Assembly: GCA_045568075.1 (NCBI GenBank)
Contig: JBJLBP010000001.1
Coordinates: forward strand, 90,001-122,000
DNA: 32,000 bases
Origin: Candidatus Thalassarchaeaceae archaeon
GTDB taxonomy: Archaea; Thermoplasmatota; Poseidoniia; Poseidoniales; Thalassarchaeaceae
Direction of reading: 5' to 3'
The notes beneath the pieces are model-generated. The model was not told the origin of the DNA. It did not search any database and was given only the letters and a program-made list of their open reading frames with translations. This document shows positions 8,601 through 15,781 of the stretch, piece after piece. Made by a program: the position numbers and the translations under genes. Position 1 is the first letter of the stretch. Each line of letters opens with the position of its first letter.

Positions 8601-10485
8601 AGTCATAATTCGCTTCGCTCGAGATGGAATAATTGAACGAAAGCGTTCCTGCATTCATCGCACCAGCGTACTCAAGGGTTGAGTGTTGGCTGTCGCCAAT
8701 TGCTCCTGCCTGAGCAGAATAGTTGCCACCCAATACTCGATTGTAGTCCTGGACGAACCAATTGGCTGCGCCCGAATTAGACCAACTAGTGGTGATGTAA
8801 GTATTCTCGAAATCGCCGTGGAATTGGGTTAATTCCTCGGTTGGATAGTAGAACATCTCTCCGCCTGCATTAGTATTCTGCACGGTCGTACCATTGCAGG
8901 TCCGAGCGTGAACACCCACGTGACTCATGTCAGGACAATGTGCTAGACTCGTCATGTGGTGGCGCACATGAGTGTCACTGTATTGGATTGTGCTCGGTCC
9001 GTAGACAAGCGTTCCAGCGACCGGCACAGGAATCACACCAGCCTGTAGACAGGCAGCGTGTGACTCGTTGATGCTCTGGTAATCATCGGCGTTGAGAGCA
9101 GGGGAACCGCCGAACGGACCCTCGTCTGAGACTGGAATGACTAACTTGGTTGCATTCGGATTCCAGGCGTGGTCAACCGCGGTAGGAGGGTTACCTGGAG
9201 CGCTGCCCGAGGCATCCCTCCACGACTCACAGGCCCATGTCGAACCCGGGCCCCACATCTCAGAATAGTAGCCCCAATCCGAGGGGATACTCAGTGCTGA
9301 ACCGTTGTAGACTACTTCGGTTAGAGGCCTGATTCCACCCGAGGTATCACTGACATTCTGACCGAGTGAGGTTGAGCGGGGTCCATTGGATCCATCGTTA
9401 CCAGTTGTAATCGCGTTTGCGCAATTTTGGTGAGAGTTTGCATTGTGCATATTGCCACTCAGTGTGTAAAGAGTCTCAAGCACGGTGATATTCGCCGCCT
9501 CGAGCATTGGCTTGACACCGGCGAAGTTCTCGCCAGTAGTCAACGTACCACCATAGAAGACGGCACACATGTCGATCCATTCTGTCGTCATCGAACCAGA
9601 TGAATCGAGTAGCCCGACGTACTCAACAATCGAACCACGGGTATCTTCCCAGACGATGACGACGGTATTGTTCGCGCCGATACTAACCGCTGGGTTTCCT
9701 CGGTGACCCAGAGCAGGGGTCACGAGAGTTGCGTTGATGAGGACTTGGAAGCCATTGTTCGGGTCCTCGGAGAGCATGCAGTAGTAGATCAGTGGGCTGC
9801 CGAAGTAGATGCCTTGCGGGTCATAAGTGTCGACCCATACAATGTGAACGGCGTCGTACGAATCGACTGCGATGTCAGGCGAGGAGCGAGTTCCAGTTCC
9901 ATCAGCGACCGTGTGCGAAGCGATGGTCATGTTCTGGATATCTCCAGCAGAGCCGTCGAGATCATCCTCGGATGGGTCAAGAAGCGTGTAGAGGATGTCG
10001 GTGTCGGTAATCTCCCAGACGATATGAGCTCGGCCTTGTGAGTCGATTACCATCGCTGGACTCGAAAGTGAAGTAGCATTGGCGTCACCGACCTGTGTGG
10101 TCGAAATCAAGATGGTGTCTACGCCCGATGAAATCTGAATTAGAGCGTAACGCAGTAACGGAGTACTGGAATTTTCGATCCAGACAAGGTGGATGCGATT
10201 TGAATCGTCCATCACTCCCATGACGTCGATTGGATTGTTAGCATTGAGATTGCTCAGAAGGGTTTGAGCATCGCCCTCATCGACCGTCCCATTGGCCGTA
10301 GGGAACCTCGTCGGCTGCTCTGCCAACTCATCTGATTCGGTTGAAATTGCTAGCAACGAAGGTGCTGCGAGCGAGGCCAGCATGAGTAAAACGAGGGCTG
10401 ATGCGAGCTGGGCTCGCTCGACTTCGATTCTGCTGTTCATTTTGGTGTTCAAGGCGCTCAGAGTGGAGGTTCGGCTTCCGACCAT
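5605..10485 (-). CDS. Giant membrane-anchored surface protein (vWA + beta-sandwich + Ig-like + thrombospondin type-3-like Ca-binding repeats)
   Basis: 1626-aa ORF (alternative ATG at 10440). Read N to C: (1) signal/anchor LASALVLLMLASLAAPSLLAIS; (2) periodic hhVW[ED] motif; (3) vWA-like MIDAS VGLLDSSGSM...KLVIPVSDEG; (4) beta-sandwich ending WIDDVQLP; (5) Ig-like segment; (6) about 10 DxDGC...DxDxDG...C units; (7) TM helix VLMAAIAGLALVGMVGAVMQ followed by SRSRGRR and a 79-aa tail. Confidence 0.9.
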   Translation of the reverse strand: MVGSRTSTLSALNTKMNSRIEVERAQLASALVLLMLASLAAPSLLAISTESDELAEQPTRFPTANGTVDEGDAQTLLSNLNANNPIDVMGVMDDSNRIHLVWIENSSTPLLRYALIQISSGVDTILISTTQVGDANATSLSSPAMVIDSQGRAHIVWEITDTDILYTLLDPSEDDLDGSAGDIQNMTIASHTVADGTGTRSSPDIAVDSYDAVHIVWVDTYDPQGIYFGSPLIYYCMLSEDPNNGFQVLINATLVTPALGHRGNPAVSIGANNTVVIVWEDTRGSIVEYVGLLDSSGSMTTEWIDMCAVFYGGTLTTGENFAGVKPMLEAANITVLETLYTLSGNMHNANSHQNCANAITTGNDGSNGPRSTSLGQNVSDTSGGIRPLTEVVYNGSALSIPSDWGYYSEMWGPGSTWACESWRDASGSAPGNPPTAVDHAWNPNATKLVIPVSDEGPFGGSPALNADDYQSINESHAACLQAGVIPVPVAGTLVYGPSTIQYSDTHVRHHMTSLAHCPDMSHVGVHARTCNGTTVQNTNAGGEMFYYPTEELTQFHGDFENTYITTSWSNSGAANWFVQDYNRVLGGNYSAQAGAIGDSQHSTLEYAGAMNAGTLSFNYSISSEANYDYLLFCVDNPSCSTSSFTSAWSGEGNGTYTAAVAPGYHTYTWKYMKDVSVSSGNDTAWIDDVQLPIASYTDEMNQMVSAIINISTGSGATNTFLTVLNPYSMLSNPRSTWSVGDSGHTIDEITGQYQEDIGPDTDWYWREDGGGWDTLGHLVLVNDTQISKGHGWAVNPEVNVDEDGNIHIVWIDGRSVFPSKEGPSQLHYMQLDPDRQGVLDGEPNGLVLEEVMTVKDTAVLQSNLIWGANPRVDFDRDGSIHITWFETQQAKAGDAGVVELRWTRIQAPVMNGFEELPLNRYLTQAYSVVNTRTIASSTQNLMGVFGSEFDASAQPIVKFAWPERTIAWTANDCTEADSQANKWDVCKWNEDLYDMALDLDPTESGHVSMQPGQSVEVAMNLRGIQIPGSADPVTIEVEGALDDWDITVGFGENYQPTTTITEGGDEEVFLLLRAPDIRLVNGDQSFDVLVTVQSATDNFANAQRSVRVDLVNENDWNDDDQDGVADEDDQCQFGETGWHSGTMTDYDGDGCKDATEDLDDDNDGVEDLLDECPMGAMNTDRVDADGDGCDDLLEDIDNDGDLVPNHLDQCPDGAQYWTTFSTDHDGDGCRDADEDDNDDNDPFLDIDDNCPTGAIGWTGAAYDHDSDGCQDYEEDLDDDNDGVLDRDDSCPYGMLDWTSNEVNDHDGDGCNDIYEDADVDDDGVLDDKDLCTTGKFGWDSSPLTDWDGDGCHDSEEDLDDDGDGFLDTEDSCVRSMSPNIVDADFDGCDDRNEDTDLDNDGIESSEDNCETNPNPGWISALNSDRDRDGCADATEDQDDDGDGILDIDDACPVSNRVTIDHDSDGCMDEFDLDDDNDGVPDTRDQCAHGAIGWTSAKQTDIDRDGCWDSVEDMSLPRGIVETVTDSPVLMAAIAGLALVGMVGAVMQSRSRGRRGDESRDGTREVIDSMRDEEAVWAVKTESIETPKSIEPATEDQFQKLVETGYSPEVARAIVASEEALRKRGKE
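5950..7146 (-). repeat. Degenerate in-frame tandem array (about 10 units of 108-126 bp) encoding thrombospondin type-3-like Ca-binding units
   Basis: Units counted by hand from the translation are 36-42 aa each. An example is DGDGCRDADEDDNDDNDPFLDIDDNCPTGAIGWTGAAYDH. The boundaries were mapped back to nucleotides from the C-terminus. Confidence 0.8.
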
Positions 10486-10518
10486 ATCGGTCGAGAGGAT
10501 TGTTCTACCATAGAGGAT

Positions 10519-10548
10519 GGACCGGACAGGTCCGAATCAGGCGAAAAA
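10519..10548 (-). terminator. Candidate terminator after abcF: T5 tract plus GGACC-n5-GGTCC hairpin
   Basis: On the minus strand, about 35 nt past the abcF stop, there is GCGATTTTTCGCC (plus-strand A5 at 10544..10548). The hairpin ggaccggacaggtcc (10519..10533) follows. Oligo-T is the usual archaeal termination signal. Confidence 0.3.
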
Positions 10549-10579
10549 TCGCATGAATTAACTGGAATTCGGCGCGCAA

Positions 10580-12226
10580 TCATTCTCCGCGCTTTCGGCG
10601 AATGTAATCCGAATAATTACCCGGCCAAATCCAGAGACTGCCATCGCCGGGCAGTTCCCATATGGTATCGCAGATTCTGTCGAGGAACCATCTGTCGTGA
10701 CTCACAGTGATTATGCTGCCCTCATAATCCTCGAGAGCCTCTTCTAGAGCCTCCTTGGCATCGGTATCGAGATGGTTCGTCGGCTCGTCGAGTAGAAGCA
10801 GATTATTGTCCTCAAGCAAGAGTTTGAGCATGGCGACTCGCGCTCTCTCGCCACCACTTAGTTTCGAGAGCTTAGTCTCGACCATTTCACTGGTGAATTG
10901 GAAGCGGCCTAGGAGGGAGCGAATGTCTCCATAATCCATGCGCGGTTTGAGTGAGCGGACCTGATCGACAGGAGTCATGTCAAAGTCGAGGGAACGGTGA
11001 TCTTGATGGAAATATCCTATCTGAACACCCGGCTTGACATCGATGGTTCCTTCATCGAGTTTAATTTCGCCTTGAATGAGGCGCAGTAGAGTGGTTTTTC
11101 CTGCGCCATTCGGTCCTACGACACCTATCTTTTGAGCTCTCGAAACCGATAATTCAAGACCCTTGATGATCGGTCGATTGAGTCCATCGAAAGTAAGTGA
11201 TGCTTTGTGGAAGTCGAGGACTTCTAGACTGCTCTTCTCTGTCGATTCCAATCGGAAATTCAGTCCTCGTCGTTCGCGCGGTTTGAGGGACTTCAACCAA
11301 CGTAATTCACCCTGTGCGCGCGCGAGCAAGAATCGTTTCTGAGAGATCGATTTGTCGTATTTATTCGCGCGCTTCATCGACTGCAATGCACCGGTCAGGC
11401 GTTTCACTTCGGCTTGGGTTTTTTTGATGCGGTCAGCGAGTGTTTGGAGGAATAGTTCCTTTTGCTGCAGGTACGAACTGTAGTTTCCAGGGTAACCTTT
11501 CGCTCGGGTATCCTGAATCTCAACAATGCCATTGCAAACTCGGTCGAGGAAATACCGGTCGTGACTGACTATGAGCAGAGCACCCTCGAATGTAGTGAGG
11601 AAGGTCTCGAGCCAATCGAGGGTAGCGAGGTCGAGGTGGTTCGTCGGCTCGTCAAGGAAGAATACGTCGATTTCAGAGAGGCCGACGAGTTGGCGCGCGA
11701 GGGCGACTTTCGCTCGCTCGCCTCCTGAGAGTGAGGCAAGAGGCATGTCAAGTGGGTGGTGAGCGAGGTCAAGAGCGCGCAAAATCTCCTGTGCATGACT
11801 TGCGACATTTGTGCCTCCACTGCGAGCCATCAAAGACTGCAATTCTTGGTAGCGATCGATGTCAGGTTGCCAATCACCCTCGTAGAATGCAGGCTCGGCC
11901 ATCCTGGATTCGAGAGAAGTTATCTCATCCTCAAGTTCCTGAAATTGGCGACCTCGCCGATTGATTTCTTGTTCGAGGGTTGCGCCCTCATCAATGTCTC
12001 GAATTTGTGTTAGGAAAGCGAGGCGTAGGCCGGGGGCGAATACGATGTCTCCGATGTCTTGGTCCTGATCAGAAATGGTTCGCAGTAGAGTGGTTTTACC
12101 CGCGCCGTTATGGCCGACTACGCCGATGCGATCGCCTTCGTCAATGCGTAGATTAACGCTGTCCAGAACCTTGACTGGACCGAAGGCGCGGTGCACATCC
12201 TCGATGCGAATGAGCTCGCGCGCCAT
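10580..12226 (-). CDS. ABC-F family ATPase (tandem ABC domains, no TM domain; translation-factor type)
   Basis: ORF 10580..12280; the likely start is ATG 12226 (MARELIRIEDV), which avoids overlapping metK. There are two full cassettes: GHNGAGKTT / LSGGERAKV / FFLDEPTNHLD and GPNGAGKTT / LSGGERARV / LLLDEPTNHLD. A roughly 70-aa basic helical linker joins them. Confidence 0.9.
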   Translation of the reverse strand: MARELIRIEDVHRAFGPVKVLDSVNLRIDEGDRIGVVGHNGAGKTTLLRTISDQDQDIGDIVFAPGLRLAFLTQIRDIDEGATLEQEINRRGRQFQELEDEITSLESRMAEPAFYEGDWQPDIDRYQELQSLMARSGGTNVASHAQEILRALDLAHHPLDMPLASLSGGERAKVALARQLVGLSEIDVFFLDEPTNHLDLATLDWLETFLTTFEGALLIVSHDRYFLDRVCNGIVEIQDTRAKGYPGNYSSYLQQKELFLQTLADRIKKTQAEVKRLTGALQSMKRANKYDKSISQKRFLLARAQGELRWLKSLKPRERRGLNFRLESTEKSSLEVLDFHKASLTFDGLNRPIIKGLELSVSRAQKIGVVGPNGAGKTTLLRLIQGEIKLDEGTIDVKPGVQIGYFHQDHRSLDFDMTPVDQVRSLKPRMDYGDIRSLLGRFQFTSEMVETKLSKLSGGERARVAMLKLLLEDNNLLLLDEPTNHLDTDAKEALEEALEDYEGSIITVSHDRWFLDRICDTIWELPGDGSLWIWPGNYSDYIRRKRGE

Positions 12227-12263
12227 GGTCGGGCGGCTTGCCGCGCCTTGATGTGTGCATCGG

Positions 12264-13502
12264 TCAAGAGTTGAGAGCATCGAGCCTAGACTGATCGATG
12301 CGTTCCCATTCGAAGTGCCCTGCCTCGGTTGGTGGGCGACCGAAGTGTCCGCCCGCGGCGGTTGCTGAGTATAGCGGGCGGTTGAGTTTGAGTTGCTGCA
12401 CGATGGCGGCTGGCCGGAAGTCGAAGACGTTGGCCACGCGTGTGGTCAATTCGTCATCACTGATCGTGCCGGTCCCGAAAGTCTCGACGCGCAAGCTGAC
12501 AGGAGCGGCCACGCCGATGACGTAAGCGACTTGGATCTCACAGCGGGAAGCAAGTCCTGAGGCAACCACATGCTTGGCCGCCCAGCGTGCGTAGTAAGTG
12601 GCGGAGCGATCGACCTTGGTCGGATCCTTGCCTGAGAAAGCCCCACCGCCGTGTCGAGCCATCCCGCCATAGGTATCGACGACGATTTTCCGACCTGTGA
12701 TACCTGCATCTGCGTAAGGTCCGCCAGGGTCGGCGAAGCGGCCCGTTCCATTGACGTGCAGAATGTAGCCATCTCCAATCCAGTGGGCTGGAATCGCGTG
12801 CTCCACAACCTCGCTCTTGATTACCTCTCGAATGTGTGCTTGCTCGGCTTCGACATCGCCTCCGAAGCGGTCTTTCAGAGCGTCATCATGCTGCACTGCG
12901 ACGACCACGGTATGGACTCGCAATGGATTCCCATCATCGTCGTATTCGACCGTTACCTGGCTCTTTCCATCCGGTCGAATCCAATCGATTTCGTCATTGG
13001 CGACAATCATATCGAGACGGCGGCAGATGCGCTGAGCGAGGGCGGCAGAAAGAGGAAAGTAGCGACCGTGTAATTGCCCGCCGGTCTCGGTTTCAGTGCA
13101 GGCGTAACCGAACATCATTCCCTGATCGCCTGCACCGACATCATCCAGTGAGTTCCCATCGACACCTTGAGCGATGTTCGCTGCCTGTGTCGTCACATTG
13201 ACTTGGACATCGCACAAATCACTCGAAGTCGCATCCATGCCAATCGCGTGATTGGTGTAGCCGATACGAGCAGCTGTAGAACGAGCGATTGCCTCGTAAT
13301 CGGGTGCATCGCCATCGAGACTGACTTCTCCTGCAAGGATAATCACCGCTTTGTGGCTCATTCCTTTGACCATAGTTTCGACTGCGACACGTGCGCTAGA
13401 ATCAATGTTCAGACACGCGTCGACAATCGCATCAGAGATTGCATCACAGACTTTGTCAGGATGCCCTGCGCTCACCGATTCTGAGGTAAAGAGTGCAGTC
13501 AT
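12264..13502 (-). CDS. metK: S-adenosylmethionine synthetase, bacterial/eukaryal MetK type
   Basis: 412 aa. Motifs FTSESVSAGHPDKVCDAISDAIVDA, GAGDQGMMFGYA and GGGAFSGKDPTKVDRSATYYARW are classic MetK motifs, not the archaeal MAT type. Confidence 0.95.
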   Translation of the reverse strand: MTALFTSESVSAGHPDKVCDAISDAIVDACLNIDSSARVAVETMVKGMSHKAVIILAGEVSLDGDAPDYEAIARSTAARIGYTNHAIGMDATSSDLCDVQVNVTTQAANIAQGVDGNSLDDVGAGDQGMMFGYACTETETGGQLHGRYFPLSAALAQRICRRLDMIVANDEIDWIRPDGKSQVTVEYDDDGNPLRVHTVVVAVQHDDALKDRFGGDVEAEQAHIREVIKSEVVEHAIPAHWIGDGYILHVNGTGRFADPGGPYADAGITGRKIVVDTYGGMARHGGGAFSGKDPTKVDRSATYYARWAAKHVVASGLASRCEIQVAYVIGVAAPVSLRVETFGTGTISDDELTTRVANVFDFRPAAIVQQLKLNRPLYSATAAGGHFGRPPTEAGHFEWERIDQSRLDALNS

Positions 13503-13521
13503 GGTTCATCCGGCCGTCCAG

Positions 13522-13531
13522 CCATATATGG
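13522..13531. promoter_or_regulatory. Perfect palindromic TATA-like element CCATATATGG in the metK / GST-like divergent region
   Basis: Read directly. Its centre lies about 25 bp upstream of the metK ATG (13502), the spacing expected for an archaeal TATA box driving a leaderless or near-leaderless mRNA. Confidence 0.35.
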
Positions 13532-13636
13532 GTTTTCGGCGGGCTGAATATCTCCGCTGAGATCGCTTTTGTCCATAATTCTCTCACAGAACAATTCAGC
13601 CGATGCATTGAGAAATGGAGCCCTTTCGGAGGCAAT

Positions 13637-14374
13637 ATGGCAATCATGGCTGAATCCGAAGATCAGGGGCCGGTACTCTTCCCAGAGCAAGTCGTCAATG
13701 GCTTGCCAACAATCTATTCATTCCAGTCATGCCCATTTTGCTTCAAGATTCGTGCACTGCTTGCGAGTCGCGGAATCCGCTACGCAGACGTCGAGGTCGA
13801 GCCGATGAAAAAGGCCGAACTCGCTTGGTCGGAATGGAGCGCAGTGCCCGTATTTGTCGACTCGGATGGAACCGCAATGAACGAGTCTAATGACATTCTG
13901 CATTACATCGATTCGAAGCATGGGAACCTCTTCCCTCGGGCCGGAGAGGATGCGGAACAAGACCGTTGGATGGAATTCAGCAACCAAGTTCTGGGCAAGT
14001 CGATTGTCGCAGTAATCTACCGCACTTTCAGCAGCTCCTTCCGCGCACTCGAATACGTCAACGGCATCGAGAATTTCTCGCGCAAAGACAAACTCGTCAA
14101 CAAGTATCTCGGCGGCTTCGTCATGAAAATGGTCGGCCGCTCACGAGCAAAGATGTTCGACGAACCGCCGCGTCAAAACCTCAAGACTCAGCTCGATCAT
14201 CTCAGCACCGGATTGAATGGGGATTTCTTTGGCGGCGAAAGTCCCAACGGCGCTGACTTCGCAAATTACGGAATCCTACGCTCAATGCAAGGACTGGAGG
14301 GCTCCGACATCCTCGAATCTCACCCCACTGCCTTCCCGTGGTACAACCGCGTGCAGATGTTTTCAGGCATTTGA
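13637..14374 (+). CDS. Thioredoxin-fold GST-like protein with CPFC motif (glutaredoxin 2 / prostaglandin E synthase 2-like)
   Basis: ORF 13493..14374; the upstream part overlaps the metK start, so ATG 13637 (MAIMAESED) is likely. N-terminal YSFQSCPFCFKIRALLASRGIRYADVEVEP...VPVFVD is a Grx/GST N-domain, followed by a helical GST-C-like part. Confidence 0.7.
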   Translation: MAIMAESEDQGPVLFPEQVVNGLPTIYSFQSCPFCFKIRALLASRGIRYADVEVEPMKKAELAWSEWSAVPVFVDSDGTAMNESNDILHYIDSKHGNLFPRAGEDAEQDRWMEFSNQVLGKSIVAVIYRTFSSSFRALEYVNGIENFSRKDKLVNKYLGGFVMKMVGRSRAKMFDEPPRQNLKTQLDHLSTGLNGDFFGGESPNGADFANYGILRSMQGLEGSDILESHPTAFPWYNRVQMFSGI

Positions 14375-14439
14375 AACACTGGCGTGCGACCTAATTCCGC
14401 GACCGCAGCAGCGATAGATAGCAGCGGGGTGCGCTAACC

Positions 14440-14685
14440 ATGACCGAGGTCGAGACCGAGATGGCCTGGGTGGGCGACTTGGACAAGGCCGAATTTTTGC
14501 TTGCAGCAGTCGAGGGCGATGATTCGGTTGAAATCGAATTGGTAATCGGTTGCGACGAGGCTGAGGCTGGATTACGATTCCACGTCAAAGGCGATGATCT
14601 CCGAGAGGTGCGGGCGATTGTAGATGGATTGCTCGCCCGGTTGGGCGCGGCTGAGGCGGAATTCGATTCTGTCAGTCGCGCATGA
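14440..14685 (+). CDS. Small acidic hypothetical protein
   Basis: 81-aa ORF with ATG start and acidic composition like its neighbours. It overlaps the 3' end of the convergent oxidoreductase gene by 14 nt. No family recognised. Confidence 0.4.
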   Translation: MTEVETEMAWVGDLDKAEFLLAAVEGDDSVEIELVIGCDEAEAGLRFHVKGDDLREVRAIVDGLLARLGAAEAEFDSVSRA

Positions 14686-15691
14686 GCGCTTTTGCCGCCT
14701 TTCTGCCACTATCCACGGCGGCGTCTGATAGTTCGTGTGTATTTGCCACATGAGTGCCGGCGAGCACGATTCGATTCTCGAGGTATAACTCGCCGTCTAA
14801 GCGCTCTTCAGCGCTGCAAGGGTGGAGCATGATAGATTCGGTTGAACGGCGCGCTGCGACCATGTTTCTCCATCCTGAGCAGCGCGAATCGAGGAAGGAT
14901 TTGATCGCGTCTAGACCTTCCTCGCCGTCTGCGTGTAAGCAGACAGCGTGTATGATTGTACATTCCTCGACGCTGCCCCTCTCGCTCAGACGATCGGGCT
15001 GCGTCGCATCGATGACGAGGACACCTGAGTCCTCTCCCCAATAACCAGAGTAAGGGCCCATCGGCTTGCCCATCAAGGCAGCATCGATGGCAGCGACTCG
15101 TTGTTCTGAACAGCTCTCAAGAGATTCCGTGGTCAGGCTTGTCTCGGTAAGTAATGCTGCAGCCGCCTTTGGTGGAATGGCGAGGACCACCGCATCGCAA
15201 TCGACTTCTTCTCCAGCAACGCGAACTGCCTTGACTCTATTTTCGTCATCGAGAATTACTGCTTCGGCCGGCTTTTCGGCAAGTATCTCAACACCAAGTT
15301 CGCGAGCACCTAAAATCAGCCGGCCAACGATGCTTGACCAACCGCCAGTGGGGAGGATTAGGCGCTCTTCGCTCGACCCCTCCAATCTCATACTCGAGAG
15401 GACTTGCCGCGCGCGCGTTGCGTCGCAACCAACTGGGAATAGGCGCGCAGCATCCCATTTCTTTCCAAGTACACGCGGCGCGCGAAGCCGGCGCAATAAT
15501 TGCTGAAAAGGACCGCGCCGACGCATCAAATGCAATCCTGAATCGAGGACCCATTCTCCTGATTCTTGCATGCGAACTCGACCCCCAAGAGTTCCCTTCA
15601 GATCGACAAGAAGGACAGCGGCCCCCTCTGCTGCGAGTTGAATGGCCGCTGACAAACCCGCGACTCCCCCGCCTATGACAACGACGCGCAC
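14672..15691 (-). CDS. FAD/NAD(P)-binding oxidoreductase (amine oxidase / phytoene desaturase-like)
   Basis: ORF 14672..15811. The Rossmann motif VRVVVIGGGVAGLSAAIQLAAEGAAVLLVD begins at in-frame GTG 15691. The 40 codons upstream are Arg/Ser-rich and would overlap divergent nadC, so 15691 is the preferred start. Confidence 0.75.
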   Translation of the reverse strand: MRVVVIGGGVAGLSAAIQLAAEGAAVLLVDLKGTLGGRVRMQESGEWVLDSGLHLMRRRGPFQQLLRRLRAPRVLGKKWDAARLFPVGCDATRARQVLSSMRLEGSSEERLILPTGGWSSIVGRLILGARELGVEILAEKPAEAVILDDENRVKAVRVAGEEVDCDAVVLAIPPKAAAALLTETSLTTESLESCSEQRVAAIDAALMGKPMGPYSGYWGEDSGVLVIDATQPDRLSERGSVEECTIIHAVCLHADGEEGLDAIKSFLDSRCSGWRNMVAARRSTESIMLHPCSAEERLDGELYLENRIVLAGTHVANTHELSDAAVDSGRKAAKALMRD

Positions 15692-15781
15692 CTGCGGGCG
15701 TTTCGGCTGGTGGCGAATGAGGTTTCTTCTTCGGCTTGGTGATTCGGACCATTGAAAGTGGAGGCCTGACCTCCTCGATTT

